Below, piece by piece: positions 13,851-27,216 of a stretch of 64,000 bases of DNA. The notes below the pieces were generated by a model. The model did no database searches. It was given only the letters and a program-made list of their open reading frames with translations, and was not told the origin of the DNA. The position numbers were made by a program, and so were the translations under genes. Where the stretch lies: assembly GCF_009914755.1 (NCBI RefSeq), contig NC_060935.1. The stretch is one strand, 5' to 3'. Within the stretch, counting starts at the first letter, position 1, and every line of letters begins with the position of its first letter. The DNA is from the human T2T-CHM13v2.0 reference genome, Homo sapiens.

Positions 13851-14774
13851 TAAGGACACAATATGTTATCTCTTCCAAATATTCCAATACCCATATGGGG
13901 TCTCTGACTATTATGATCCCCACAAAATGGATGAAAAACAGTGGCTGGGAGAGGGAGTGGTTTGTCCAGGGCCCAGGGTAATGGAGTAGGGAGTGGCCAC
14001 TAGAGTGAATTCTTGAGAAAGTACATGGTTAATTGTAAATCACTCTGCAAACTTTGCTTGTTCTTGTTCTTCTCAGACCAGAAGCCAGGATGAGTGGTAA
14101 GAAATAACAATGGCAATTGGGCCCGCTGAGTGAGTAATAGGGTTAGAACAAGACTTTGGAAAAGTCACCTGGATCCCTACAGCCTTTGTTCCTCTATGAT
14201 GTGGGCCCAGATTGTGTCACGGTGGTAATCTGGATCCTGGCACTGCCTTGGAAAGGCTTGGTGATGTGCCAGACACAAGACAAGGGCACGGGCGGCCCCC
14301 AGCAGTGTTTTCAGCAGGAAGGAGGGAGTGGACGAGTGGCTGCATTGAGGAGTGGATATTTTGGAAGGGGAGATTTCCTCTGGGACTTCTGAATCTTTAA
14401 AACTCTAACGAGTTAGACGAAGGTGTACCTGGTCCTGTGGCCCCCGTCCCACCTTCCTGCTCAAGCTCTGAGACATTTAGTCCTGGCTTGATGGTTATTG
14501 GCACAGATGTTAAAAGGCCATTAATGGGGAACATGGAAAGCTTTTTCTGAGCTAAAAGGTAAATGTGGGTTTGGCCTATTGATCTGAGCACAATAAACAG
14601 TTTTCATAATTTGAATGCCTATGTTGTCAGACACACAAAGGCATTTGCTCAATCACAAATACAGTAAACACAATTTGCCAGTGTGTGAGTGGCAGGCATG
14701 AGCCAGAGAGAGGAGACGGGGGTGAAAATGTAGGCTGAGCATTTGGAGAAGTAGCTCTCAAGATTCTGAACACC

Positions 14775-14997
14775 TTGTGACTATAGTTAATAACGTTGCA
14801 TTGTATACTTAAAAATTGCCAAGAGAATTGATGTTAAGCGTTCTCACCACAAAAATGATAATATGTGAGATAAGTAATGCATATGTTAATTAGCTTAATT
14901 CAGTCATTCCACAATGGAAACATATTTCAAAACATCCTGTTTTACACCTTAGATACAATTTTTGTCAATTAAAAAAACAAATAAAAATTTAAAAAAA
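14775..14997 (+). mobile_element. L1MA-type LINE-1 3' end
   Basis: 'gtgactatagttaataac...gttctcaccacaaaaatgata...gcatatgttaattagctt...cattccacaatg' followed by an A-rich tail. Confidence 0.85.
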
Positions 14998-16264
14998 GAA
15001 GAGTCCAATTATTCTGCATATTTTGATTGGTTCTAAAGAAACTGGAATTTTTATAGAAGTATCATGAGAAAGAAAAGACAAAGTCTCAATGGAAAATGAA
15101 CTTTCCAAAAAATATAAAGAGAATATAGTCATCTTATGCTTGTATGTATATTTATTGTCATATAAGTAAATGTACACTTTAGAAAAGTTTAAAATCCAAA
15201 AAATTCTCTAAGAAAATAACTGAAAATAAGATAACTACCTGCAGTATTGATGTATCCTAATATTTTCCTATGCAAAATTTTCAACATGGCTGAGGTCAAA
15301 GAAAAATTAGTTTGCTTTCTATCATGAATATTTACCCATACCACTAAATATTCTTCCACGTGGGGAAAAAAGAGATTCACCTGATCAAAAAGCTGGTGCT
15401 TTACAACCTGCTTTTCCAGAGCATATTTGGGCCATCCTGTCTTTTGGTTTGACCAACAATTCAGAATCATGGCTTCCATAAATGGCTTTGATATTGTTTT
15501 CTCTCATCAGCGAGCCTAGGGGACCTTGCTCATTTGAACAGATTGGTCTTGGTTTCAGATGCTCTGGGAATTTGCATTTGTGAACCTTCCTTGGCATGTT
15601 CCTAATGGAATCTGGGGGCAGAATGGAAGCCTGGGATGGCAGGTGTCCCTGGCTGACTGTGATTGGATTGTCCAGGCTTCGTGATCCCCCTCTATGAACT
15701 GTTCCTATTTGGGACCCAGGGAAAATCATTTTAAAAGCTGAAACGTTTTGAAGTAACAAATGACTGCTTTTTTTCTCTTCTCATTTCAGGCATGCTGAGT
15801 TTTAGTTTAGAGTGGTTGCACGGGGGCCTCTTCATCATGAATCTGGAAACCCTCTATCATTAAGGATTAGTTCACAGATTTCCTGAAAGTAAAAGAAAAA
15901 TGGAAAAGGTAAAAACTTGATGTTTTCCAAATGCTTGACCTTTGGAGCATACCCTAGTGCTGCACTTTCTACGCAGACGATCTCCACAGAATTTTCTCCT
16001 TCCTTACTTTATGTCACTCCTTAATGCCATTCTCTGACTTCCTAATTCTCAGTCCATTCACACCCATCCACTGATTCACAATACCGATGTCAGCTCCGAA
16101 CTTCCATTCTTTTTCTTTTTTGTCCTCACATGTCCCTGTTAGAAAATAGGAAGACACCAGCCACCACCTTGCACAGACTCTGGGATCTAAGACCACACAA
16201 TGAAAGGGAGAAATCAGTGGCTGAAGGAGTCACTTCATGACTGGGGAGTACAAATGATCTAGAT

Positions 16265-16488
16265 CTGCACCGCCTGATGCTGTAGTTACTACCCACATGT
16301 GGCTATTTAAGTTGAAATTAATTGAAATTAAATAAAATAAAAAATACAATTCCTCAGTCACAGTGGTCAAGTGTCAAGTGCTTAATAGCTGAATGTAGCT
16401 AATGGCAACTGTATTAGACAGTGCAGATTTCATAAACCATTTTATAGGCCGTGTATATCAGCACAGAAAGTGCTACAAGACAGTGCTG
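16265..16488. mobile_element. MER3/MER33-like hAT-Charlie element
   Basis: 'ccacatgtggctatttaa...aattcctcagtcaca...tcaagtgcttaatagc...tgtagcta...gtattagacagtgcag'. Confidence 0.8.
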
Positions 16489-16757
16489 ATGTGTCTCTTT
16501 ACATAATCAGGTTTAAGCTGGCACTGTCTAGGGTAATGGCTGAAAATCAGGGTTTGTTCCTTCGGGACGACAGTTGGAGAAATGGTCAACCCTTGGTTTC
16601 ATAATAATAATGCCTTTGAAGGGAGTAAGCCAGAGATAACTTCTTCACAAAATTAATGGTGTTCGTATCTAGGTCTCCAAGCCCCAATGAAGGAATTTAA
16701 GATTAAGAAACTTAAGTCTATTTGGAAACAAATGAACAGGCAACCATCTACCATGAC

Positions 16758-17152
16758 TGCTATGAAAACTGAACTGTGTCTCCCTAAACAGTCCTATGTT
16801 AAAGCCCTAACCCCCAGTGTGGCTGGATTTGGAGAAAGGGCCAATGAGAAGGTCATAAAAGTTACACGACATCATAATGGTGTAACCTTGACCCAATAGG
16901 ACTGGTGCTCTTAGAAGAGGAAGACACCAGAGCTGTCCCTCTCTCGGCTTGCACTAAGGAGGAGGTCACGTGAGCACACAGTGAGAAGGCGGAGGACCAT
17001 CTGCAAGCAGGAAGAGAGCCCTCGCTAGAACCCCCCACGGTGGCATCTGATAGTGGACTTCTAGCTTCCAGAACTGTGAGAAAATACATTTCTGTTGCTT
17101 AAGTCACCCAGTTTGTGGCATTTTGTCATGGCAGTCTGAGCAGACTAATACG
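16758..17152 (+). mobile_element. MaLR solo LTR (MLT1A-like), near full length
   Basis: 'tgctatg...aaagccctaacccccagtgtg...ggacttctagcttccagaactgtgagaaaatacatttctgttg...cagactaatac'; imperfect 5-bp TSD atgac/atgaa. Confidence 0.9.
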
Positions 17153-17179
17153 ATGAACTTGCATTTGGGTTGCTGCTAC

Positions 17180-17385
17180 TCATAATGGCTGGCATTTGTA
17201 TAGCACTTTGCAAGGTGATTTTATATCTCTGATTTACTTCTCACAAAACCTCTTGAGGCTGGTATTAATGTTGTGATTTTACAGATGAGGAAAAAGCCTC
17301 CTAAGAGCTCTCTGATAATCAGTGATCAAACTGAGATTGGAAATCGGGGCTTCTGAGCCCTACTCCTGTGCTGTAACCACTCTGC
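17180..17385 (-). mobile_element. MIR SINE
   Basis: Antisense core 'ttttacagatgaggaaa'. Confidence 0.7.
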
Positions 17386-17599
17386 AAAATTGTTTTACAG
17401 ATCTCCCGTGGTTGCCCGATACAGACTGTACCTGGGCAATGCTGAACATGAGAGTGAATCCATGGCTGCTCACACATTTGAATCCGCTCAATAGAATAAT
17501 CAAAAGTTCAGGAACATGGAAATCAATATCACACAGTTAATAAGGGGTCTTTTCCAGAATATCAAAATTATTTGTGTACAAATGCATATTTAAATGCAA

Positions 17600-18430
17600 G
17601 TGTGTAATTGACAAAAAACATGAACAAGAAATCTACAGATGAGGAAGTTCAAATGCTAATAATTGTTTTTAAATGTGCAAACTTCTTAGTCAAAAAGAAA
17701 GAGGGGTCATTTTTACAATTATCTAATTAGGAAAAAAATTTAAAATCTTGTAATATCAAGCATTGAGGAGGAAGTGTCATAAATTAATTCAGCCTGTTTG
17801 GAGAATAGTTTGTCCATATCTAGTAAAGCTGTAGATGGGTACACCCTACATTCCAGGAGTTGACTTCTAGATGTATATTCTAGAGAAAAATCTGTTTGTG
17901 TACACAAACAGATATGATCAAAGATATTCATTGCAGTCTTCTTAGTAATCACAAAAAAATTGGAAGCAAGCTAAATGTCTGTCAATAAGGTAATGGGTGA
18001 AGTATAGTCCATTCATATAAAGAAACATTCTCTAGAATTTAAAGTTAACGGACTTAACTCCATCAATATAGATACATCTCAAAAACGTGTTGAGTGAAAA
18101 GGGCAAGTTACAAAACAGTTATGTGTTCTTAAAAATTATTTAGGAACCAATTGATATTATATATTGTTTGTAAATACCTAAGTAGTAAAAATATAAACAT
18201 GGATATAAAGAAAATCCACCTTCAAGGTAATGATTACCTTTGACGAGGGAGAAAAAGAAATGATAAAAGGGAAGTTCTTATCTGACTTTTTACTTCAGAC
18301 TTTTTTCTAAAGCAAATGGGAACAAAGAATTAACGTGTTAAATCTGAGTGTCATGTGGGTATATGCTAAATTATTCTCTATACTTTCATGTATATATACA
18401 TTTTTTATAATTTAAAATCTCAAAATATTT
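17600..18430 (+). mobile_element. Old L1M (L1ME/MC-type) 3' region
   Basis: 'aagatattcattgcagtc...ttggaagcaagctaaatgtctgtcaataagg' and 'tctcaaaaacgtgttgagtgaaaag'. Confidence 0.75.
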
Positions 18431-19174
18431 TGGAAGATCAGTATTCTCCTGACCATTCGCTGTCAGCACTCACAGCCCCTGTCCAGGTATTTATATTCTC
18501 CAGAGCAAACAAGGGCAGGTATTCATATTCTCCAGAGGGCCAAAAGAGGCACTCAGAGAAAATGCCTTCTGAAGGGGCCCCAGTAAGTCAAACGTAGATT
18601 GGAGTGTGGCAGCCTAGCCAGGAGCAGGCACCATGCCCACACTGTGCTAAACACAGATGCTGTATGGGGCCTGAGACCCTAACTTACAATAGTGGGGAAG
18701 AGTCAGGAACAACTTCCCTTGGCTCTGCCTGTCTTCACCCTAGATTAGAAGTCACCACCTGCCTTATGACTTGGCTCTAACACTCACATAACAGCTTAAG
18801 AAATCAAAAACTTAAAACTATTTCTTAAAAGCAATTAATGTGAGACTTAGGCAATTTTTTTCTTGGGTCTACATAAAGCTTAGCTTTGCTAAAAGTGGTT
18901 TGTTTGTTTTGCAGGGATAACAAAAATAAAAAATATAATTAGTGTTTCATGAGTCACCCAGCTGACATGCACCTCTTCCTTTTAAAAGCAAGCTATTGAG
19001 ACACCTTCACCATTCAACACCTTCCCTTTCCCTGCTGCCTCCCTTTTCCCCTCCGAATTCAAGGTTCTCCTAGACTTGCAGAAACTTTGTGTGATATGTT
19101 CAACGTTTACATCACCTTCCTAAAACATGTGTTTTCTAGATTCTTCTTGGACATCAGCTGACTTAACCATTGAG

Positions 19175-19550
19175 GAAATAAATGAACATCTATTGAGCAC
19201 CTGTTATGTGCTGATGCTTGCTCACTACTTGTTTCATTTGGCTTTACTGGATTCTTATGACAATTCTTTAAAATGTGTGTAATCATTAATATTACCTTCA
19301 TTGCAGAACTAAGAAAACTGACTCAGAATGAGTAAGTAACTTGTCTGCGTTTACAAAGCTAATAACTCTACTAGGTGTAGTCAGGATTTAAAAGCCACAC
19401 TGGGACTCAAAGTCCTGGGTTCTGATTCTGAATCTGTGACTCATGAATGTGACCGTGTGGATCACTTACCTGTCAGAGCTTTAGTTTTCTCATTCCTGAA
19501 ATGAAGGCAGAGGACTAGATGATATCCAAGTTTCTTCCTAATTTTATGAT
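19175..19550. mobile_element. Two MIR fragments in opposite orientation
   Basis: Minus-strand 'agaaaactgactcagaatgagtaagtaacttg' followed by plus-strand 'ttagttttctcattcctgaaatgaagg'. Confidence 0.6.
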
Positions 19551-20183
19551 ATTTTCTGTGGCAATTGTATTATACAAAAAGGACAGAAGAGACCACTTAT
19601 TTTACCATCTATATTTCTTTTCCTGCTCTCTGTGGACAACACTTCAAGGAATGAGTTTACCAACTGAAAAAAGATCAGTGAGCCAAAAGTGTCCTGCTCA
19701 ACCAAATGTTCCATTAAGCCATGATTTCTCTGGGCAGGACTCATATCCGGCTCTTTGTTCTGTGAAATACTGATACATCTGGCAATCAACCTGTGTTATT
19801 ACAGTTACTGAGTGTCTAGTAAGCACAAAGAATTAGAAGCTGAAAGAGACCCTGTGCACATTAAAAACTTGAAAAGCAATGCCTTGAACTGCATCCACTT
19901 GCATTACTTTGAAATCCTCTTAATTTGGAGATAAAGGGACTTGCTTGCTATTCATAGCATGGGGGTGTCACTGTTTTTCTTTTGCCCTATTTGTCCACAG
20001 TGTCAAGTTCATATCAGGTACCTGGAGCTCGATAATTCAGGACCAGGGGCAAATAAACTTTGGATATGAAAGGACAGATGTCTATTTACTCCAGTGGTAA
20101 CTCTGGTTTTAGTTAGACTAAAAGGGTTGAACTTGAGCTGGGTCTCAAAAGAGAGGTACAATTTGGAGATTGTCTCAGAAGGC

Positions 20184-20184
<1 letters not shown>

Positions 20185-20220
<36 letters not shown>
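20185..20220 (+). repeat. (GT)18 microsatellite
   Basis: Perfect dinucleotide run. Confidence 0.97.
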
Positions 20221-20225
<5 letters not shown>

Positions 20226-20364
20226 GGGTAGCAAATCAAAACCCAGGTGGATCTTGACAAAGGCCTGATAGTTGCAGAAATGAGACTCTCATGAATGAAG
20301 GAAAATAAAATAGAATAGAGGACACAGAGGGTCTCATATGAGGAATGATGTTAAATTTATTGAA

Positions 20365-20570
20365 AGGCAGCGTAGTAAAGATTCTGGCCTTACGCTACTT
20401 GGATGAAATTCTGGCTCTGTCATGTATCCACTTTTGGCAAATCATTTAACCTCCAAACTTTAGTTTCCTTATCTATGGTAGCTACTTCACAGGGTTGTCA
20501 TGAAGATTAAATAAGAAAATTCCCGTTAAGCCTTTCAGTACACAACACTCAGTAAATGTGCATTATTACT
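20365..20570 (+). mobile_element. MIR SINE
   Basis: 'ggcaaatcatttaacctc...tagtttccttatct...cacagggttgtcatgaagattaaat'. Confidence 0.75.
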
Positions 20571-21039
20571 AGCATGGGGTTAGGGATCACAAACGTGGCT
20601 TTAGGAAGGAGCTACTGAACACCAGAACATTTGAACATGGGAAGGATGTTTCCAGGGCACTGGCAGAATGCAATTGAATTCAGAGGGAAGCAGGAGAATT
20701 GTTTGGAGGTCATTGCAATGATCTTGGTAGGAGGTAATTGGGTCATCCCTTAGAATGATGTTAATGAGAATAAAAGGAAAGGGCAAATGTGATAGACATT
20801 TCAGTGTTTAAACATTTAGTGAATAAAAAGGACACAAGAGAGAAATGAGCCCAAAATGACTTCTAGTTGTTGGACTTCACCTACTAAAATAAGGGCATCA
20901 TTGAATAAGTGGAGGAACTGGTTTCAGAGGAAAAGCTAATCTGAGGTTTATTTCCTAATGTTGAGGGTATGGAGGGCCACCCCAGTGGATCTTTCCAGGT
21001 GACCGTCAGAATTATTGATCCACTAAAGAGAATGGACTG

Positions 21040-21335
21040 CGTTTACTCTTTGAAGTTTCCTTATCTCCATTTGTGTACTACTTACATTTTCCCCATCTCA
21101 TACCTACTGTAGCATTGTTGATTTAATTTTTACTTTAATTCAACTTAAACTGATTTGTTTGCCTTCATCTAAGCAATAATATCTGTAAAATCTCGGGCTT
21201 TATATGCTAGTTATATTTTGTCTCAGACACATTAAAATAAAATCATGACCGTTAAAATACGAATATTCATTCGTATACCTCCTAAAATCATTCCCAGTAC
21301 TATCACTGTTATACATACATTTTGTGAGACAGGAA
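21040..21335. mobile_element. Probable hAT-Charlie DNA transposon fossil
   Basis: AT-rich body ending 'tacctcctaaaatcattcccagtac...tttgtgagacagg', similar to Charlie-type termini. Confidence 0.35.
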
Positions 21336-21599
21336 TAAAAATAAAAATTGGAGCCATATAGAGCACTTATTTTCTCATGGAAATAGAATTCTGGAAAGAT
21401 TAGGAAGCTAAAGTGAGAGAGAAAAAGTGGCCTGAGAATTACAAAGAAAGAAAGAAACAAGAACCAGGATGAAACAACGTCATGCACAAAGGTTGGGGGC
21501 AGAATAAGATGGAATGTTGTGAGAAAGTTTCAAAGAAAGGGTGGTAAAAATGCCATTATGTAGAAGAATGAATTTTGAAAAAGCCATGGTATCTAGAAT

Positions 21600-21990
21600 T
21601 AGATAACCAAGGTGTGGGTGGGGTCAGATTCGGGATATATTTTGAAAGTAAGCCCACATGCATGATTTACTGATGAATTCAATGTGGGGCATAAGCAAGA
21701 GAGAAGAGACAAGAATACCCCTGCATTTTGGGCCTGAGCAATGAAAATATTTTAGCTGTGATTAACTGAGATATGGACGATTATAGATGATCCAAGTTTG
21801 GGGGATGGTGGGAGATCAAGAATTCCATTTTGGACAAGACAAGTTTGAGTTGTATATTAGTGTTCCCAGAGAGGATTCAGAGAAGACAGTAGAATAAATG
21901 GGTCTGGAATTCAAGGCTCAGGATCAACCAAGAGATACAATTTGGGAACCATGAAAATATAGATTATAACTAAACTCACAATACTACATG
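21600..21990 (-). mobile_element. L2 LINE fragment
   Basis: 'cagattcgggatatattttgaaagta...ttttgggcctgagcaa...gatcaagaattccattttggaca...aagtttgag'. Confidence 0.8.
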
Positions 21991-21996
21991 TTTTTA

Positions 21997-22370
21997 TTGT
22001 ATCAGAATAAACTTGTTTATGCTATGGCAACGAATCCACCTCAAATCTTAATGGCCTATAATTTCAAAATCATTCTTTCTTGTTTATACTGTATGTCCAC
22101 CTGGTTTGACTAGAGCTCTGCCCCACTTTCCTCACTCCAGGACTCAGGCAGATAAAACAAGGAGAGGGAAGAGAACTTGGGAGGGTTTGCTTTGGCAATG
22201 AAATTCTAGTTCAGGAGAGACATGTGTCACTTTCGCTCACGAACCATTGACAAAACTAGCCACATGGCCCTAGCCAAGTATAGGAGGTGTCAGGAGATAC
22301 AGGAAACATGACCAATCATGCACTTGGAAGCCAGAGAGGGAGATACATTTGGAGTACTTGGCAGTAATAG
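21997..22370 (-). mobile_element. MaLR LTR (MLT1J-like)
   Basis: 'ttatgctatggcaacgaatcc...aaatcttaatggc' and 'tcactttcgctcac...ccattgacaaaactagccacatggccc'. Confidence 0.65.
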
Positions 22371-22869
22371 TCAACACGGTCATCAAGGGAGAAGGCAGGT
22401 GGCCAAAGGGTAGTCTTGGGGCACTTCCACATTCAGAGCTTGAGGAAGTGAGAAGGAGGCAGCTGAGACGGAAGCAAAATGAGAATTTAGTTCCCTGCAA
22501 GTCAAGTGAAGTTTTTGTCACTTGGATTGAGAAATTTAAGAGAATGAAAAGGATTGGTAGAGGTGAGTAAAGTCATCAAACCCCACAGAATGAAATAAAG
22601 CAGAAAGAAGAGAGAAAGGAGCTCAGGAGTTAGATGAAGAATAAGGTGTATTCAGTACCTTACACCAAATCAAAACATCTGGGAGGCCATGAACACAGGG
22701 ATTAAGAGCTCCAGCTTTCCAGGGACAAGGGCCCAGGTTGCAGCCCCAGCTGTTACCTTGTATTATCTTTGACACATCCCCTAACCTCAGCTTCCTCATC
22801 TGAAAATGGGTCTGCTGTGAAGATGAATGTCGGAAGCGTTCAAATGGTAGCTGGCATCACCATGCCTGT

Positions 22870-23460
22870 TGAAGCATGAATTGCTACAGCCGCTTTGGAA
22901 AGCTGTGTGACAGCATTGGTGAAAGCTGAAGATATGAGTTACCTATGAACCAGTAACTACCACCCTATGTAGCTACCCAACAGACCTGTGAACATATTTC
23001 ACCAAAAGGCATGTTCTAGAATGTTAATGGCAGCACTACTTATAAGAATTGCACACAGGAAACAAGTCACATGCCAACAGCAGCCCTCATAAAGGAACTG
23101 TAGTACAGCCATGCAGTGAGACTGCTCGGCAGTGGGAGTGAATGATGTAACACACAACAGCGTGCATAGACCTCACCATGTCATGCTGAGTGAGAGAGGA
23201 CACACATTTAAAGAGCACATTCTGTTTGATTCCATTCACGTAAAGGACAAAAACAGTCCAAACCGAATCGTTCTAATAGAAGTTAGGATAGTTGTTATCC
23301 TTGGGAAGAGAAGGGCCAGTTCCTGGAAAGGGAAATAGGTAGACTTGTGAGGCGCTAATAAATGGGTGTATTCAATTTGGAAAAATTGATTGAGCCACAT
23401 AGTATACTTATGGTGTGTGCATTCCTTTTTAAAAAGATAAAATTCTTTGAAGAAAAAAAA
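22870..23460 (+). mobile_element. Old L1M 3' region
   Basis: 'acagccgctttggaaagctg...cctatgaaccagtaactaccaccct...atgctgagtgagagagg...ttctgtttgattccatt'. Confidence 0.8.
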
Positions 23461-24794
23461 GAATCAGATGTGTTTTAGCCTCTAAGTAAAGCAAAGTCAC
23501 TTTACTTTGTTTGTGGAGACACCTGATTCCACTTGTTTTTTAATTACCAGTTGCTGCCTCCCCTGCCAAAATGGCTGATTCCAGCCACAAGAGTAAATAT
23601 TTGCATAAATAGGATGCATATAATTTTGGTGTGATTGGCAGTTTAATTAGATACATGTCCTCTCACTGCCATTGTAATTAGATTGGTGGAGAATCCAGAA
23701 ATTCCAGGTCGTTATATTTGTCTCTTAATTGCTGGATTTTTGGACAAGTATTTATTGTACTTATGAACATGATTCGTGGTCTTGGCATGGGGGAAGCCAC
23801 ACTTTCACTGCAGAACGAAGCTAATCTCATTATGTTAACCAGGAAATTCACATGCTAAACAAAGAAGTAAAATAGGGAAAAACTGCCCCCTAAACTCCTT
23901 GTCTTTTCTACTGAGTGTCAGTCAGTGGCAAAATAGGGCTCCTGGAACATTAAAACAAGCCTTGAATTTAAGCGCGCCAGGAAAAAGCAAGTGGAAGTCC
24001 TTGCCAATTTTACAAGGCAATCTCCATTTCCCTATTGCTTGCTTTTTTTCCTTGTTTTACTGCAGCTAGTTTAACGTGATACTGTAACTCTACCAGGAAT
24101 GAACACAAACCAGATTCAATGCTCATCCAACAAGAGTGAATGTAGATGCAGATGAAATATTGAGGGGCCATGTGGTTTATGCCCCTGTCTCTAGGCAGGA
24201 TTTCTTGAACATCACCACTCAGGAAGCCAGTCACCTGAATCCGATGGCAGTATCATGACAAGGGTTTGCTCTCTTCCTTTGCTCATCCTGACCTTTCTGG
24301 ATTCAGCCTAGATGATCTCAACTAGTTAATTTTAATTTTGCATACACAGGAATTAGGCAATGTCTTTTTTTTCAAAACAATTATTTTTTTCTTAGATATT
24401 TTTACTTAATTTAGAGTAAGTAATTAGAATCTCATTTTCTCCTAGAATGAACTAGAAGATGTTTGGGTATATGTATGTGTGTTTTTGAAATTTCTATGCA
24501 GATTTCAACTCAAACCTACACACTTTAAAAATACATGGTTTTTAGATATTAGTCACAATATATTGCTTCCAATGCAAAAGCAAAATATAGTAAGCCTTAC
24601 ATACTAAATTAGATCATCTTTTAGAGAAGACAACATGTGGATAAAGTTTTATAACTAATTCTTAGCTATTATCCATTCCAAGTTCTTAGCTATTATCCAT
24701 TCCATCCTTACTTAATTCTGATCTGATCTTAGATTGCTAGAATGCTCCTTTCTAAATTGTCCTTAATACTGACTCAGAGACAGAGGCAAGCAAC

Positions 24795-25490
24795 TTCACT
24801 CATTGAATATTTACTGAGTGCTTCCTATACATCAAGCACTATTCTTAGTACTAGAGATGGGGAAATGAATAAGAAACTGTCTTATCTTAAAGGGGCTCAA
24901 ATTTAGACAAAAGGACAAACATATAACAACAGAATGTTAGGGAATAAAAATATATGTAGAAATTATAAATGAAGTACAGAGGAGGGGGGATTAACTTTAA
25001 GGGTAGAGGGATTCAAGGAAATGCTTCCTAAAGAAGGAATGTCTGAATGTGTTTTTTAAGGGTGAAGAGGAATTTTCCTAGTGGGCTTCTAGACAGTAAG
25101 GATGCAATGACCATAGGCACAAATACTTGAAACAGCCTAGCACATTCTGGGAACTGGATGTAGTGGTTTGATAGATAGATAGAGGTAAAATAAATATACC
25201 TTGGCAGAAATCGTGACCTTATTCTCTTGGTGAGGGGACAAATATGAAGGTTTCTACATTGGTCGTGTGATTGGCTCACTCTGGCAGCGGTGTGGACGAA
25301 GGACTGAAGAGTGTGCCTGGAGGCAGAAATGCTACTCCTTCAGATGAGGAAGAATAATTGAAAGGTTTTTACGTTAGTTTAAGATAGCCATGATGAGAAT
25401 TTGGACAAAAATGTGAAGATGTTTGGAAATGAGAGAACAATTTGAGAGATGCCTAGAAGAAGGACCAGCAATATTGGTGAAGAGATAGGC
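24795..25490 (-). mobile_element. L2 LINE 3' region
   Basis: 'ttcactcattgaatatttactgagtgcttcctat...caagcactattct' is the antisense L2 tail, followed by L2 body. Confidence 0.75.
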
Positions 25491-25944
25491 TTAGTTTAAC
25501 AATCTGTCTTCTAGCTCACTTCACAATCTTCGCAGCATTTCGCTGGCTCCTCTTCTTCTGTGATTCCCAATCACACAGCAATGCTACCCAGAAAGTGAAA
25601 GCTCCCAGCCCACTCTCTTCAAACCTAGAAGGTTTCTCAGGCTTTTGTTAGAAGGCGAGTAGAACAACCTGGAATCTTTCTCTCCATATGCTCTCTGAGC
25701 TTTGGCTGGCAGCTGCTAACTAGGTGTAGCATCATTTAAATAATTTTTCTTAAGAACATCTTGAGCTTATGATCTGATTTACTTTACAGAATACCATTTA
25801 TACACCTAAAGACATTAGAATAGAATCTCTACAAAACATATTTTTATAAAACAGGAAACAGAGCATTTCATGAACAGATATTAATGGGCTTATTTATATT
25901 TCAATCACAAAAGAAATACTCCTGAAAAATCCATTTTAGGTCTA

Positions 25945-26340
25945 GCAGTTAGGACTCTTCGAGTTGCAAATAACAGAATAGCTCACTCAAACTGGATTAG
26001 GCCCCCAAGGGAATTTATTAGCCTGTGTAGCAAAGATAGAGGCATGGCTTCCTCTGTGCAAATAGTGTCATCAGATGCAGTCTCTGCTTCCTGGCTCTCT
26101 CTTTCATGCTGGCTTCATTCTTACCTTCCATCCATTGGTCACAAGATAGCCAAAAGTCACATACCTGGTTTAATTCCCAAGATAAGAAAAGAGTCAAGCA
26201 GATTTGATAGTCTGGAGAAAATAGAGGAGATTCCCCAGACAACATGGAGTGTGGACAAGCTGTTTCCTAAAAGAAATTCTCAGTACTGGTACCAGAAGGA
26301 AAAATGAATGACAAGCAGGTAAAGACAAGAAATATCTACT
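25945..26340 (-). mobile_element. MaLR LTR (MLT1K/L-like)
   Basis: 'agttaggactctt...gttgcaaataacagaa...cactcaaactgg...aagggaatttattagc'. Confidence 0.6.
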
Positions 26341-26885
26341 CTACTAGAAAGTTCAAAAATTCTGAGAGAAGCATGAGATTCTATGTTTACTGAGTCTGCC
26401 GCTTCATTTGTAATTTACTCAGCAGTTAGCTCAATGATGGGTGCATGACACCCATGCTCATTAAATATTTGTTGAATGAATGAATAAAAAATGAATGAGT
26501 GAATACAACATGCGCTTCATGTCAGAACTGCCACCCGATTTCCTGAATCTGAGAGATGTAATTGCATGCAAGACTCACGGCTCTGTGCCCGTCCCTCATA
26601 TGTCCCACAGCACTACCATAGAACAATTACACGTGCCTTGGTTGTCTGTTTACCCATCTGAATCTCCTCTCCTAGACTAGAAACCCTAGGAGGGCAGGGG
26701 CTGTACTATTCCTCTTTGACCTAGCATAGCAATGGCACAGTCTGTCCTTAGTAATTATCTGTTGCATACCTAAACACATGAATAAATAAATAAATAATCA
26801 ATTGTAAGATGGCTCGCTTGAGTTTTCAAAAGACAACAGTTTCTCTCCCACCTCATTGCCTGCACTCAATCAATATAGCCTATAA

Positions 26886-27068
26886 CAGTGATTTCCAAAC
26901 CTGCTGGCACTTTACAGTCACCTGAGGGTCTTTAAAAAGAATATCTAAAGCCCAGGACACACCCCAGACCAATTAAATCACAATATTTGGGGGAGCAGGC
27001 ACAGGCATTACTAATTTTTGAAGCTCTGCAGGTGACCCCATGTACAGACAAGTTTGGGAAGCACCACT
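26886..27068. mobile_element. MER5-family MITE
   Basis: 'cagtgatttccaaac...caccccagaccaattaaatca...aagctctgcaggtga...aagtttgggaagcaccact'. Confidence 0.8.
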
Positions 27069-27216
27069 CTATAGGCTTATCAGAAACTGAGTGAAGTAGA
27101 AAGGATATTATGATTGCCTTTACTGGCAGGCATCATGGGTAGTGGTAGGGGCTTGTGATTCTGCATTTTCAGGAAGCTCCCGGGTGTTGCTGCTGCTGCT
27201 GGTGCTGTTGGTGTGT

